This document shows positions 18,512-27,789 of a DNA stretch of 64,000 nt, piece by piece (position 1 is the stretch's first letter; the number at the start of each line of letters is the position of its first letter). This DNA comes from Longimicrobiales bacterium (GTDB lineage Bacteria; Gemmatimonadota; Gemmatimonadetes; Longimicrobiales; Gaopeijiaceae). The position numbers and the translations under genes were made by a program. The notes under the pieces are model-generated. The model was not told where the DNA came from, made no database searches, and saw nothing but the letters and a program-made list of their open reading frames with translations. The stretch spans positions 4,000,001 to 4,064,000 of the forward strand of contig OZ250165.1 in the NCBI GenBank assembly GCA_965238005.1. The letters run 5' to 3'.

Positions 18512-20020
18512 GTGAACGAGGTGCCACCCAGGCCCATGCCCCTGGAGCCGGCACCGGGCCCGATTGCCATCGAGGCCCGCTCGGGCCTCGAGCCCTGGCA
18601 GGAAGGGGAGCTTCCCGCCCCGCCCCGGCCGAAGGGGCTGGCCTGGCTCGGTGTGGTAGGCCCGGGCATCATCGTTCTGGGCGCGTCCATCGGAAGCGGC
18701 GAGTTCCTGCTCGGCCCCGCCGCGTTCGTGCAGTACGGCCTGACGCTTCTGTGGGTGACGCTGGTCGCGGCCTTCCTGCAGACCGTCCTGAACACCGAGC
18801 TGATGCGGTGGACGATCGCGACCGGAGAACCGGTGTGCATCGGGTTCATGCGCACGAAGCCGTCGGCCTCCTTCTGGGGGTGGTTCTATGCGGGCCTCTA
18901 CTTTCTCCAGCTCGGGTGGCCGGGATGGGCCGGCGCCGCAGCGGGCGCGGTCTTCTTCCTCTTCGCCCGAGATCTGGCTGGTCCGGAGCACGCCAGCGTG
19001 GTGTACTGGATCGGTGTCGGCACGTTCGCCGTATGCGTCGCGATCCTCCTGTTCGGGAAACGTATCGAGCGTACGCTCGAGATCCTGAACTGGATCCTCG
19101 TCACGGTCATCCTGGGCAGCTTCCTCGTACTGGCCCTGATATTCGTGTCCCCCGAAACCTGGTTCGCGGGGCTCACCGGTCTGGTCGGCTACGACCCGGC
19201 GACCACCAGCTTCCGTCTGATGCCGAGTGGTGTGGACTTCTTCCTGATCGGGGCGTTTGCGGCCTACTCGGGCGCCGGCGGTGTCACCAACCTGACGTTG
19301 TCCAACTGGGCGCGAGACAAGGGCTACGGTATGGGAGGCCTGGTGGGCTACATCCCCGCGGCCGTCGGCGGGAAAAAGGTGGAGCTCGCTCATACGGGTT
19401 ACACCTTCCCCGTCACTCCCGAGTCGATGCAGCGGTGGCGCGGGTGGTGGCGTATCGTGAGGGCCGACCAGTGGGGTGTGTACTTCGTCGGCGCGGTCCT
19501 GGGGATGTTCCTCCCGGCCCTGCTCTACGTCACGTTCATCGAGGCCGGAACCGACATCCGGGGCCTGTCGGTGGCGGCCGCCCTAGCGGACGCCATGGTG
19601 ACCCGGGCAGGGGCGCTCTACGGCGGCGTGGTCGCACTCCTGGCCGTCTGGGTTCTGTTCAAGACACAGCTCGACGTCCTCGACGGAATGACCCGGGCAG
19701 TGACCGACCTGCTCTGGACGGGGAGCAAGCGCATCCGTGCTTGGAGGGGCGGCGACGTCAGGGTGGTCTACTACGGCGTGCTGGCCGTGATCACGCTCTG
19801 GGGCATCCTCGCCCTCAGGCTCGCCCAGCCGATCGTGCTCCTGCAGTTGGGCGCGAACATGGCAGGGATCGTCTTCGTGGTGTCGTCCCTGCACCTGCTG
19901 TACATCAACACGCGACTCCTGCCCGAGGCCCTGAGGCCGCCTGTGTGGCGGCGAGCGTGTCTCGTGGCCACGTCGCTCTTCTACGGCGCGTTCGTGATTC
20001 TGTGGCTGCGGGGGCTGTAG
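18512..20020 (+). CDS. Nramp-like / APC-superfamily membrane transporter
   Basis: GPGIIVLGASIGSGEFLLGP motif; about 11-12 TM segments; WARDKGYGMG. Confidence 0.7.
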   Translation: MNEVPPRPMPLEPAPGPIAIEARSGLEPWQEGELPAPPRPKGLAWLGVVGPGIIVLGASIGSGEFLLGPAAFVQYGLTLLWVTLVAAFLQTVLNTELMRWTIATGEPVCIGFMRTKPSASFWGWFYAGLYFLQLGWPGWAGAAAGAVFFLFARDLAGPEHASVVYWIGVGTFAVCVAILLFGKRIERTLEILNWILVTVILGSFLVLALIFVSPETWFAGLTGLVGYDPATTSFRLMPSGVDFFLIGAFAAYSGAGGVTNLTLSNWARDKGYGMGGLVGYIPAAVGGKKVELAHTGYTFPVTPESMQRWRGWWRIVRADQWGVYFVGAVLGMFLPALLYVTFIEAGTDIRGLSVAAALADAMVTRAGALYGGVVALLAVWVLFKTQLDVLDGMTRAVTDLLWTGSKRIRAWRGGDVRVVYYGVLAVITLWGILALRLAQPIVLLQLGANMAGIVFVVSSLHLLYINTRLLPEALRPPVWRRACLVATSLFYGAFVILWLRGL

Positions 20021-20199
20021 GGATCGGCCCTGGAGCCATGGGGCCACACCTCCGTATTTCCTACGATTCGGTGGTTTTCGACTAGCGCACAATCGTTATT
20101 ATGGTCGAAGCGTGGTCGTGAGCGCTTGAACGGGCGGCCGACGATCGCTTCCAGAGCGGTTGAACCGGCCATCGACGATTTCTTCCAACGGAGATCGGA

Positions 20200-21987
20200 A
20201 TGAACACCGTTACAACGACTCGTAGAAGATTTCTCTCCTATTTCTCCGGGGTCGGCCTGACCTCCACCCTGCTGCCCGGTACCCTCTGGGCCCAGATGCA
20301 GGAGCAGCAGGCACAGGAAGTGACTCCGGAGATGATCCGTGAGGCCGGGACGCTCTCGGGGCTCGAGCTCACCGAGGAGCAGGCCGACGAGATGGCGCAA
20401 GGGGTCAATCGCAATCTCCGGGGCTACGCCGAGCTCCACGAGTACGAACTACACAACAGCGTGGCTCCGCCGCTCTACTTCAGTGCCGTCGTCCCGGGTA
20501 CGGAGATCGACCGGTCCGAGAGGCCCTTCCGCGTGAGCTCCGCATCGGGGCTGAGGAGGCCGGCCGATCTCGAAGAGGTCGCCTTCTGGCCGCTGACCGG
20601 GTTGGCCGAGTTGATCAGAACGCGGCAGGTGAGCTCGGTGGAGTTGACCGAGATGTATCTGGGCCGTTTGAAGCGCTACAACCCGAAGTTCAACAACGTC
20701 GTCACCTTCACGGACGATTTGGCGACTGAGGAAGCGCGACGTGCCGATATGGAGATCCGAAGTGGTCAGTACCGGGGCCCTCTACACGGACTTCCCTGGG
20801 GAGCCAAAGACATCCTCTCCGTACGTGGATATCCGACCACGTGGGGCTCCAATGCGTTCAAGGATCAGGAGACGGACTACGAGGCGACGGTGGTGAGGCT
20901 GTTGCGAGAGGCGGGAGCCGTGCTGATCGCCAAGCTCACTACGGGTGAGCTGGCCGGCGGAGATCGCTGGTTTGGCGGGAGGACCAGAAATCCGTGGGAC
21001 TCGACCAAGGGTTCGAGTGGGTCGTCGGCCGGACCGGCTTCAGCGACTGTTGCCGGCTGTGTCGCGTTCGCCATCGGGACCGAAACGAGCGGCTCCATCC
21101 TCAGTCCGTCCGTCGCGTGTGGAGCGACGGGCCTGCGCCCGACCTACGGGCGAGTCAGTCGTTTCGGGGCGATGACCCTGAGATGGACGGGGGACCGGCT
21201 GGGTCCCATCTGCCGCACCGTCGAGGACTGCGCGATCGTGTTCAAGGCGATCGCCCGTCCGGACGATCAGGACGCGAGCGTTCTGGACGTCCCCTTCAAC
21301 TGGGACGCCGAGCTCGACGTGTCGCGGTTCCGCGTGGCGTACTTCCAGGACGCCTTTGAGGACGACGCCGACAAGGGAGCCGACTGGGCGGCAAACGATC
21401 AGCGGAGTCTGGATCAACTCCGTTCGATGGGGATCGCGCTCATCGCCATGGACGTGCCGCTCCGTGACTTCCCGACGGAGGGGCTTCGGCCGCTCTCGGC
21501 GGAGTCGGCGGCGGCATTCGACGACTTCCTCCGCAGCGGACGCGAGCAAGAGCTGTCGAGACCTGGGCGAGCCACCGGATGGAGGGTCAATCAGACGGTC
21601 CCGGCGGTGGCCTACCTCCGCGCCCAGCAGGTGCGCGGCATCATGATGCGGCGATTGGACGATGCGCTCGGAGACTTCGACGTCTACGTGATCCCTTACG
21701 GGGACTCGCGCTCCAGGCTGGCGGAACCCCCACCGGAGAGAGCAGGCGGTGGAGGTGGCGGGGGCGGTCCGCCTCCTCCGAGATCCGCGACGTCGCAGTT
21801 CTTCCAGCTCGCGAACCACGCGTGTCTACCCGCGGTGGCCGTGCGCAACGGGTTCGGGGAAGACGGCCTCCCAACTGGCATCATTTTCGTCGGGAAGCCG
21901 TTCAGCGAAACCAAGTTGCTCTCGCTCGCCAAGGCCTACCAGGATTCGACCGGCTTCCACAGGAGAGTTCCGGACCTGGAGGCGTAG
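20200..21987 (+). CDS. Tat-exported amidase signature family protein
   Basis: TRRRFL twin-arginine signal; PLHGLPWGAKD, GSSGSSAG, GTETSGSILSPS. Confidence 0.88.
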   Translation: MNTVTTTRRRFLSYFSGVGLTSTLLPGTLWAQMQEQQAQEVTPEMIREAGTLSGLELTEEQADEMAQGVNRNLRGYAELHEYELHNSVAPPLYFSAVVPGTEIDRSERPFRVSSASGLRRPADLEEVAFWPLTGLAELIRTRQVSSVELTEMYLGRLKRYNPKFNNVVTFTDDLATEEARRADMEIRSGQYRGPLHGLPWGAKDILSVRGYPTTWGSNAFKDQETDYEATVVRLLREAGAVLIAKLTTGELAGGDRWFGGRTRNPWDSTKGSSGSSAGPASATVAGCVAFAIGTETSGSILSPSVACGATGLRPTYGRVSRFGAMTLRWTGDRLGPICRTVEDCAIVFKAIARPDDQDASVLDVPFNWDAELDVSRFRVAYFQDAFEDDADKGADWAANDQRSLDQLRSMGIALIAMDVPLRDFPTEGLRPLSAESAAAFDDFLRSGREQELSRPGRATGWRVNQTVPAVAYLRAQQVRGIMMRRLDDALGDFDVYVIPYGDSRSRLAEPPPERAGGGGGGGGPPPPRSATSQFFQLANHACLPAVAVRNGFGEDGLPTGIIFVGKPFSETKLLSLAKAYQDSTGFHRRVPDLEA

Positions 21988-22114
21988 GGAGCTGTGAGCG
22001 TCTTTCGCGCTGCTTGCGCCCTCGCTCACCGGCGCTAATGGTACGACCTCGGTCACCGGAGGGCCTTCGGTTCCATCCCCTCGAGGTGGTCCGACCTACG
22101 CGAACCGACTGGAG

Positions 22115-23302
22115 GTGAACGTGTTGTCGCCAGGAACAGGTTGTCCGTCGAGAGCGTCCTCACTCCGCGTCTTCTCCTGCATTGCCATGCTGGCGACTAC
22201 CGCCTGTGCCGGACCCGATACCGGCGCCGCGGGCGCCACCGGCGGAAGCATCGAAGCCGATCACTTCGTGCCCTCGCGCCCCGAGACGGTGAGCTGGGGC
22301 TGGTATCCCATCGACAAGGAGCCCGTGCTCACGATCCAGTCCGGAGAAACCGTCCGCATCAACACGGTGACCCACGCCGGCGCCACCCAGCGAGCCGAGC
22401 CGGTGGAGTACCTCACCAAACTCGGCATACCGCGCGAAGAGATCCATCAGGACGTGCTGGATTTCTGGGCGTCGAGAGATGGGCGACCCCGGGAGGGGCG
22501 GAGCGGCCACGTCATCACGGGGCCGATCTATATCGAGGGAGCCGAGCCGGGCGACATGCTCGAGGTGCAGATTCTCGCGGTCGAGACCCGCGTGCCTTGG
22601 GGGATCAACAACACGAGCTCCGGCGGCGGCGTATTCTCGTCCGGCTATCCTGGAGTCGAAGCCGACGACGACCCACTGGACATCGCGCCGGGAACGCGAC
22701 ACGTGATTCGTACCGGCATGGTCGACGGCCGTGAGGTCGCGTTCTTCTCGCCCGACATCCAGGTGCCGCTGGCGCCCTTCATGGGGATCCTGGCGGTTGC
22801 GCCCGACCCCGTGGTGGGCGAGCCCGGCGTGACCGTGCCCGGCGTCCAGAGCTCGAGGCCCCCGGGTGCTTTCGGCGGCAACATGGACGTGAAGGACCTC
22901 AAGGCCGGCACGACCCTCTACCTTCCTGTCTTCCAGCCGGGAGCGCTCTTCTACACGGGCGACCCGCACGGCGCCCAGGGTGACGGCGAGGTGAGCGGAA
23001 CCGCCATCGAGCAGTCCCTCGCCGGGGTTTTCCGCTTCGTCGTGCACAAGGGCGTGGAGATATCGGGCCCACGCGCCGAGACGGACACGCACTACATGAT
23101 CATGGGAATCGACCTCGATCTCGATCGCGCCACGCGGCACGCGACCTGGGAGGTCGTCGACTTCCTGGTGAAGGAGAAAGGGCTGACACCCGCCAAGGCG
23201 CTCTCGCTCGCCAGCATCGCTGTGGACTTCCGAGTGAGCGAGGTGGTCGACCTCACGCAAGTCGTCACGGGCTTCATCCCGAAGGATATCTTTCTTCGGT
23301 AG
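22115..23302 (+). CDS. Acetamidase/formamidase family protein with lipoprotein-like signal
   Basis: GHVITGPIYIEGAEPGD, FGGNMD, GDPHGAQGDGEVSGTAIE; ATTAC lipobox; start codon uncertain. Confidence 0.88.
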   Translation: MNVLSPGTGCPSRASSLRVFSCIAMLATTACAGPDTGAAGATGGSIEADHFVPSRPETVSWGWYPIDKEPVLTIQSGETVRINTVTHAGATQRAEPVEYLTKLGIPREEIHQDVLDFWASRDGRPREGRSGHVITGPIYIEGAEPGDMLEVQILAVETRVPWGINNTSSGGGVFSSGYPGVEADDDPLDIAPGTRHVIRTGMVDGREVAFFSPDIQVPLAPFMGILAVAPDPVVGEPGVTVPGVQSSRPPGAFGGNMDVKDLKAGTTLYLPVFQPGALFYTGDPHGAQGDGEVSGTAIEQSLAGVFRFVVHKGVEISGPRAETDTHYMIMGIDLDLDRATRHATWEVVDFLVKEKGLTPAKALSLASIAVDFRVSEVVDLTQVVTGFIPKDIFLR

Positions 23303-23528
23303 GCGCTGAGATCCTTCTTGGACATGAACCTCGTACGTATACTCACGGTATAGAGATACGTATACCTCTCCGAAGAGGAAGCCGTTCCAATAAGATCGCG
23401 CCAAAGGGAAGAAGCCTTCTCGCTAGGGCGTCGGGATCAGGTTGTCAGGGCGGACTACAACCGCGACATTCGTCCCGCTTGACATTCCGGTTACCACGAA
23501 CAGCAGCACGACCCCTGAGGAGCGGCCC

Positions 23529-24041
23529 GTGAACCTGGACGAGGTCCAGGCCGTGATCGACAGCGCCAAGGCGCGAGGCACGGCGGTACTGGAGAAGTAC
23601 GTTCGGGACAGAATGCCCGACGCTTCGGAACAGGAGGTCCAGGATGCCGCCGAAGTCGCGCTGGAGATCATCGAGACGGTGCCCATCTTCCTCGCCACCG
23701 CCGCCCAGGAGGCCGAGGAGCGCCATGTCACTCCGGTCGTGCAGCCCCTGCTGGATCGGGCGGTCCGCTACTTCCTCCACCCCGTCGACATCATACCCGA
23801 AATGACCCTGGGATTGGCCGGGCTCTTGGATGACACCTATCTGGTCCTTCGCATCCTCCAGTTGCTCGAGCAGGGACCCCAGCCCCTCGTGGAGTGGGAT
23901 CTGGATCACCCGACGACCTTCATCCGCAAGCTGCTCGGCGAACAGGTAGGCCAGCAGCTCGACGCCATGTCGGCCATCGCGTTCGAGGAGGTGGCTGGAG
24001 CCGCCGGTCGGTTCTGGCACACGGAGCCGCTCGACGCCTAG
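23529..24041 (+). CDS. YkvA/DUF1232 family protein
   Basis: YFLHPVDIIPE...GLLDD motif; GAGGAG RBS before GTG. Confidence 0.7.
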   Translation: MNLDEVQAVIDSAKARGTAVLEKYVRDRMPDASEQEVQDAAEVALEIIETVPIFLATAAQEAEERHVTPVVQPLLDRAVRYFLHPVDIIPEMTLGLAGLLDDTYLVLRILQLLEQGPQPLVEWDLDHPTTFIRKLLGEQVGQQLDAMSAIAFEEVAGAAGRFWHTEPLDA

Positions 24042-24068
24042 CACACCCGAATCATCAAGGAGGGGACG

Positions 24069-25115
24069 ATGCGCATCGTGCATCTGATTCCACTCGGAGC
24101 CCTGGTGCTGGGGCTCTCCGCCGACGCCCTGACGGCCCAAATGGTCCAGGAGATCGGGATTGCCGAGTGGGAGGTACCTTGGGAAAACAGCCGTCCGCGC
24201 GATCCGTACGTGGCCCCCGACGGCAAGATCTGGTTCGTGGGCCAGCGCAGCCACTACGCCGCCTGGCTGGACCGGGAGACCGGGGAATTCAAGCGGTTCC
24301 CCCTCGACGAGGGCACCGGTCCCCACAACCTGATCGTAGACGACGACGGAACCGTGTTCTACGCGGGAAACCGGGTGCGGCATATCGGAAAGCTCGACCC
24401 GGAGACCGGTGACATCGAGAAGTTCTGGATGCCCGACGAGGCGGCGCGCGATCCACACACCCTGGTCTTCGGTGGGGACGACGACCTGTGGTTCACGGTC
24501 CAGGGCGGCAACTTCGTCGGACATTTCGCCCGCGGGACCGGCGACATGCACCTCGTGAAGGCACCGGCGGTCACGAGTGGCAGGGGCTCGTCCAGTCGTC
24601 CCTACGGGATCAAGATGGACGCGAAGAACCACCCGTGGATCGCACTGTTCAACACGAACAAGATCGCCACTGTGGATCCGGAGACGATGGAGCTCACCTC
24701 CTTCGACCTCCCCGACGAGCGCACGCGACCGCGCCGCCTCGTCGTCGACTCCAACGACATCGTCTGGTATGTGGACTACAGCCTCGGCCGGCTGGGTCGG
24801 CTGGACCCCCGGACGGGAGACATCAAGGAGTGGGACACCCCGTCAGGGGCGGCGTCGAGGCCTTACGCGGTGGCCATCGACGCATCGGACCGTATCTGGT
24901 TCGTCGAGACGGGAGTGCAGCCCAACAAGTTCGTCGGCTTCGATCCGGCCACTGAGGAGTTCTTCTCCATCACCGAGATCGCAAGCGGCGGGGGCTCGGT
25001 CCGACACATGTTCTACGAAGAGAGCACCAACTCCATCTGGTTCGGATCCGATGCGAACACGATTGGGCAGGCCAAGCTTCCCCCGCTGAGGCCCCGGACG
25101 GCCACCGACCGCTAG
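24069..25115 (+). CDS. Secreted Vgb-like (virginiamycin B lyase fold) beta-propeller
   Basis: Signal peptide; repeated P..I...DG.IWF...N.IG.LDP.TG blades; GGAGG RBS. Confidence 0.8.
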   Translation: MRIVHLIPLGALVLGLSADALTAQMVQEIGIAEWEVPWENSRPRDPYVAPDGKIWFVGQRSHYAAWLDRETGEFKRFPLDEGTGPHNLIVDDDGTVFYAGNRVRHIGKLDPETGDIEKFWMPDEAARDPHTLVFGGDDDLWFTVQGGNFVGHFARGTGDMHLVKAPAVTSGRGSSSRPYGIKMDAKNHPWIALFNTNKIATVDPETMELTSFDLPDERTRPRRLVVDSNDIVWYVDYSLGRLGRLDPRTGDIKEWDTPSGAASRPYAVAIDASDRIWFVETGVQPNKFVGFDPATEEFFSITEIASGGGSVRHMFYEESTNSIWFGSDANTIGQAKLPPLRPRTATDR

Positions 25116-25552
25116 CCGGGGCCCTCCTCCACCACCACCGTCCCGTCGGGCTTCACACTCGCAGTCCGACCGCTGACCAGCCTGTGGAAGTCTTCGTCCT
25201 CAAGGGCGACCAGCGGAGGGGCCTTGCCGTACATCTCTTCGGCCACGATGGCCGACAGCGCCAGAAAGGAGTCGGTGCCCGACGTCAGGATGGCCGCGGG
25301 CGCGGTTCCCTGCCGGATGGCCTCCAGCAAGACGGCCGTGGTGGTGCTGGATCCCCGCGTGCCGGGAATGGCCAGAATCCGACCCGCCGCGTTCTCCCCC
25401 GAGAGCGGATGACGGCGATCGATGACCTCTCCGGTGGCGGCGTCGTAGCCGCCCCAGAAGCTCAGCGGCTCGTGGGATACCAGAAGGCTCCCACCGGCCT
25501 CGCCCGGTATCAGGGCGCGCCCCGCCAGCACCATGGCGTCACCTGACGCCAT
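25112..25552 (-). CDS. Aconitase X swivel subunit (DUF126)
   Basis: PLSFWGGYD..TG.VIDRRHPL, RGSSTT, APAAI; TGATG-coupled to the large subunit. Confidence 0.85.
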   Translation of the reverse strand: MASGDAMVLAGRALIPGEAGGSLLVSHEPLSFWGGYDAATGEVIDRRHPLSGENAAGRILAIPGTRGSSTTTAVLLEAIRQGTAPAAILTSGTDSFLALSAIVAEEMYGKAPPLVALEDEDFHRLVSGRTASVKPDGTVVVEEGPG

Positions 25553-26817
25553 CAGGTGCGCCAGAGGTCGTCGTCGCGGATCACCCGACCCTGGACCGCA
25601 GACTCCACACAGTCGCTAGTGGAGCCGAAGACCATGGCCCGGCCAAGGAGTCCCGGCGCGTAGTAGGCGTACTTCGCCGAGTTGGTCATGAGGATCTCGA
25701 TCTCGGACGGCAGCATGGGCGTGGTCAGGATACAGGTATCCACCGTCACGTCCCCCCCGAAGTCGTGGAGAGGGTCCAGGAGTCCCGCTTCCTGGGCGAT
25801 GAGCTTCACACCCCGCCCCGTCGTGACCAGGAAGCGCACGCCAGGGTGTCGGCTACGTCCTTCGAGGAGGGGAGCCAGCACCCTGAACTCCTCTAGTGAG
25901 AAATGAGGAGAGCCAAGGACCACCATGTCCAGGCGCTCGCCTTCGGAAGTGGAGAGCTCGTCCCGGGCGGCCCGGAGCTCCCCCATGCCCACGTCGCGAG
26001 TCTCCTCGGCATCCCTCCCCTGAAGGGCCTCCTCCAGGCTCGGCGCCTCGGGCGTGACGCCCACCCAGTGAAAGAGGGCCACCGCCCCCGACGACGCGGC
26101 GGCGGCGGCGAGGGCCTTGAGCTGGTCCTCCGAGGGCGTCACGTCAAGCCCGTCCAGCACGGTGACGCGATCGCCGGCCAGCTTGCCCACCAGATGCCCC
26201 AGGACCGGGTAGAGCTCGTCGGAGGCCAGTAGCGCAGGTGGGATGTCGTGGAAGCGGAAGAGCACCTGCCCCGCCCGGTTCTCGGTCAGATGCAGCCCCA
26301 CGGCGGGCACGCGCCCGGTGATGGCGGCGCAGATGTCGAGAAGGTCCGGATAGCGCTCGGTCCGGGCCCCCAGGACCGAGTTGGCGAACACGATGGCGCT
26401 GGACTCGCCCCAGGCGATCTGGTCTCCGAAGGCGGGCCGCGCCTCGGTCTGGTACGGAGCGCACGTCCAGGATGGGATGCATCCCATGCTCTGATAGGCA
26501 ACCATCTGCCGGCGGGCCTTCTCGGCCCATCCGGGGGGCACCGCCCAGCGTTCCCATCCGTGAGGATCGACGCCGGCCACGTTGAGGGTTGCCGGCACGA
26601 CGACCTTGGCGCCCAGACCGGCGAGGCGTTCGGCATACTCCAGGGTGGCGTCCCCCATGTATAGGGCGCTGTCGATGTGCGCGGCCGTCACCGGAATGAG
26701 CCGCTCCGCCCCCTGCACTTCGGCCGTGCGCACCAGGATGGACATGGCCATGCGGGCCCCCTCGCCCTCCTCGCCCTCCAGGAGGGTCCGATCCGACGCG
26801 GTGAGCTCGAGTGTCAT
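25552..26817 (-). CDS. Aconitase X catalytic subunit (DUF521)
   Basis: AHID, TCAPY, AWGESSAIVFANSVLGART, GSPHFS, DTC, TNSAKYAYY. Confidence 0.9.
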   Translation of the reverse strand: MTLELTASDRTLLEGEEGEGARMAMSILVRTAEVQGAERLIPVTAAHIDSALYMGDATLEYAERLAGLGAKVVVPATLNVAGVDPHGWERWAVPPGWAEKARRQMVAYQSMGCIPSWTCAPYQTEARPAFGDQIAWGESSAIVFANSVLGARTERYPDLLDICAAITGRVPAVGLHLTENRAGQVLFRFHDIPPALLASDELYPVLGHLVGKLAGDRVTVLDGLDVTPSEDQLKALAAAAASSGAVALFHWVGVTPEAPSLEEALQGRDAEETRDVGMGELRAARDELSTSEGERLDMVVLGSPHFSLEEFRVLAPLLEGRSRHPGVRFLVTTGRGVKLIAQEAGLLDPLHDFGGDVTVDTCILTTPMLPSEIEILMTNSAKYAYYAPGLLGRAMVFGSTSDCVESAVQGRVIRDDDLWRT

Positions 26818-26972
26818 GGCACCAGACTATGAGTCCGCACGGGTCGAGAGCAACCCCCCGCCCTTGTCGACGGCCGTCTTCGAGATCGCCAGCCAACGCC
26901 CACAGTTTGCGCAACGTCCGCCCGCCCCCACCTTGAGCGGCGTCCACCCGGCGACGGCACGTAGGAGGCTGC

Positions 26973-27659
26973 ATGGCGGCAAAGTACTTCACCAACTCGA
27001 CATTCACCTTCCTGAACGACCTGAAGGCGAACAACCACCGGGAGTGGTTCCAGGAGAACAAGCACCGGTACGAGCAGCACCTGAAGGATCCGGCGATCCG
27101 GTTCATCATCGACTTCGGTGCCCACCTCAAGAAGATCAGCGAGCACTTCCGCTCCGATCCCCGCACCGTGGGCGGCTCCATGTTCCGGATCTACAGGGAC
27201 ACGCGCTTCTCCAAGGACAAGAGCCCCTACAAGACCTATGTGGGGATCCAATTCCGACACGATCTCGGAAAGGACGCCCACGCCCCCGGCTTCTACCTCC
27301 ACATGGAGGTGGGCGGCTGCTTCGCAGGAGCCGGGATGTGGCGACCCGACTCTCCGAGCCTGAAGCAGATTCGAGAAGCTATGGTAGAGGACCCCAAGGC
27401 GTGGAAGCGGGCCGTGGGCGGCAAGCGCTTCACGCACGCGTACGAGCTCGAGGGCGACCGGCTCAAGCGCCCCCCCAAGGGCTTCGACCCAGAGCACGCT
27501 CTGGTCGAGGACCTGAAGCGGAAGGACTTCATCGGGGTCGCCAAGATCCCGAAGAAGATGATCACCAGCCCCGACCTGCCAAAGGAGCTCGCCAGGGTGT
27601 TCGGAGCAGGCACACCGCTCATGAAGTTCCTCTGTGACGCGGTGTCCGTGCCGTTCTGA
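26973..27659 (+). CDS. DUF2461 (TIGR02453) family protein
   Basis: NNHREWF, FRIYRDTRFSKDKSPYKT, LKRPPKGF; AGGAGG RBS. Confidence 0.9.
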   Translation: MAAKYFTNSTFTFLNDLKANNHREWFQENKHRYEQHLKDPAIRFIIDFGAHLKKISEHFRSDPRTVGGSMFRIYRDTRFSKDKSPYKTYVGIQFRHDLGKDAHAPGFYLHMEVGGCFAGAGMWRPDSPSLKQIREAMVEDPKAWKRAVGGKRFTHAYELEGDRLKRPPKGFDPEHALVEDLKRKDFIGVAKIPKKMITSPDLPKELARVFGAGTPLMKFLCDAVSVPF

Positions 27660-27789
27660 TCTCCCGTGGGCCCCGACCCAGACGCCGTCGCGGACTGCAC
27701 CACGTGGTGCGAGCCCTTGTCCTCGGCGCCCATCTTTTCGAGCTTCAAGCCGCTCGTAGAATTTGGATGATGTGTAAGGAGCTTCCCGT

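Noticed and set aside
23310..23410. Lower-GC stretch with repeated TACGTATAC words
   Set aside because: Too short to separate a gene remnant from a regulatory site; no supportable call.
24069..25115. Streptogramin B resistance gene (vgb)
   Set aside because: Only fold-level similarity; it has a signal peptide and no mobile context.
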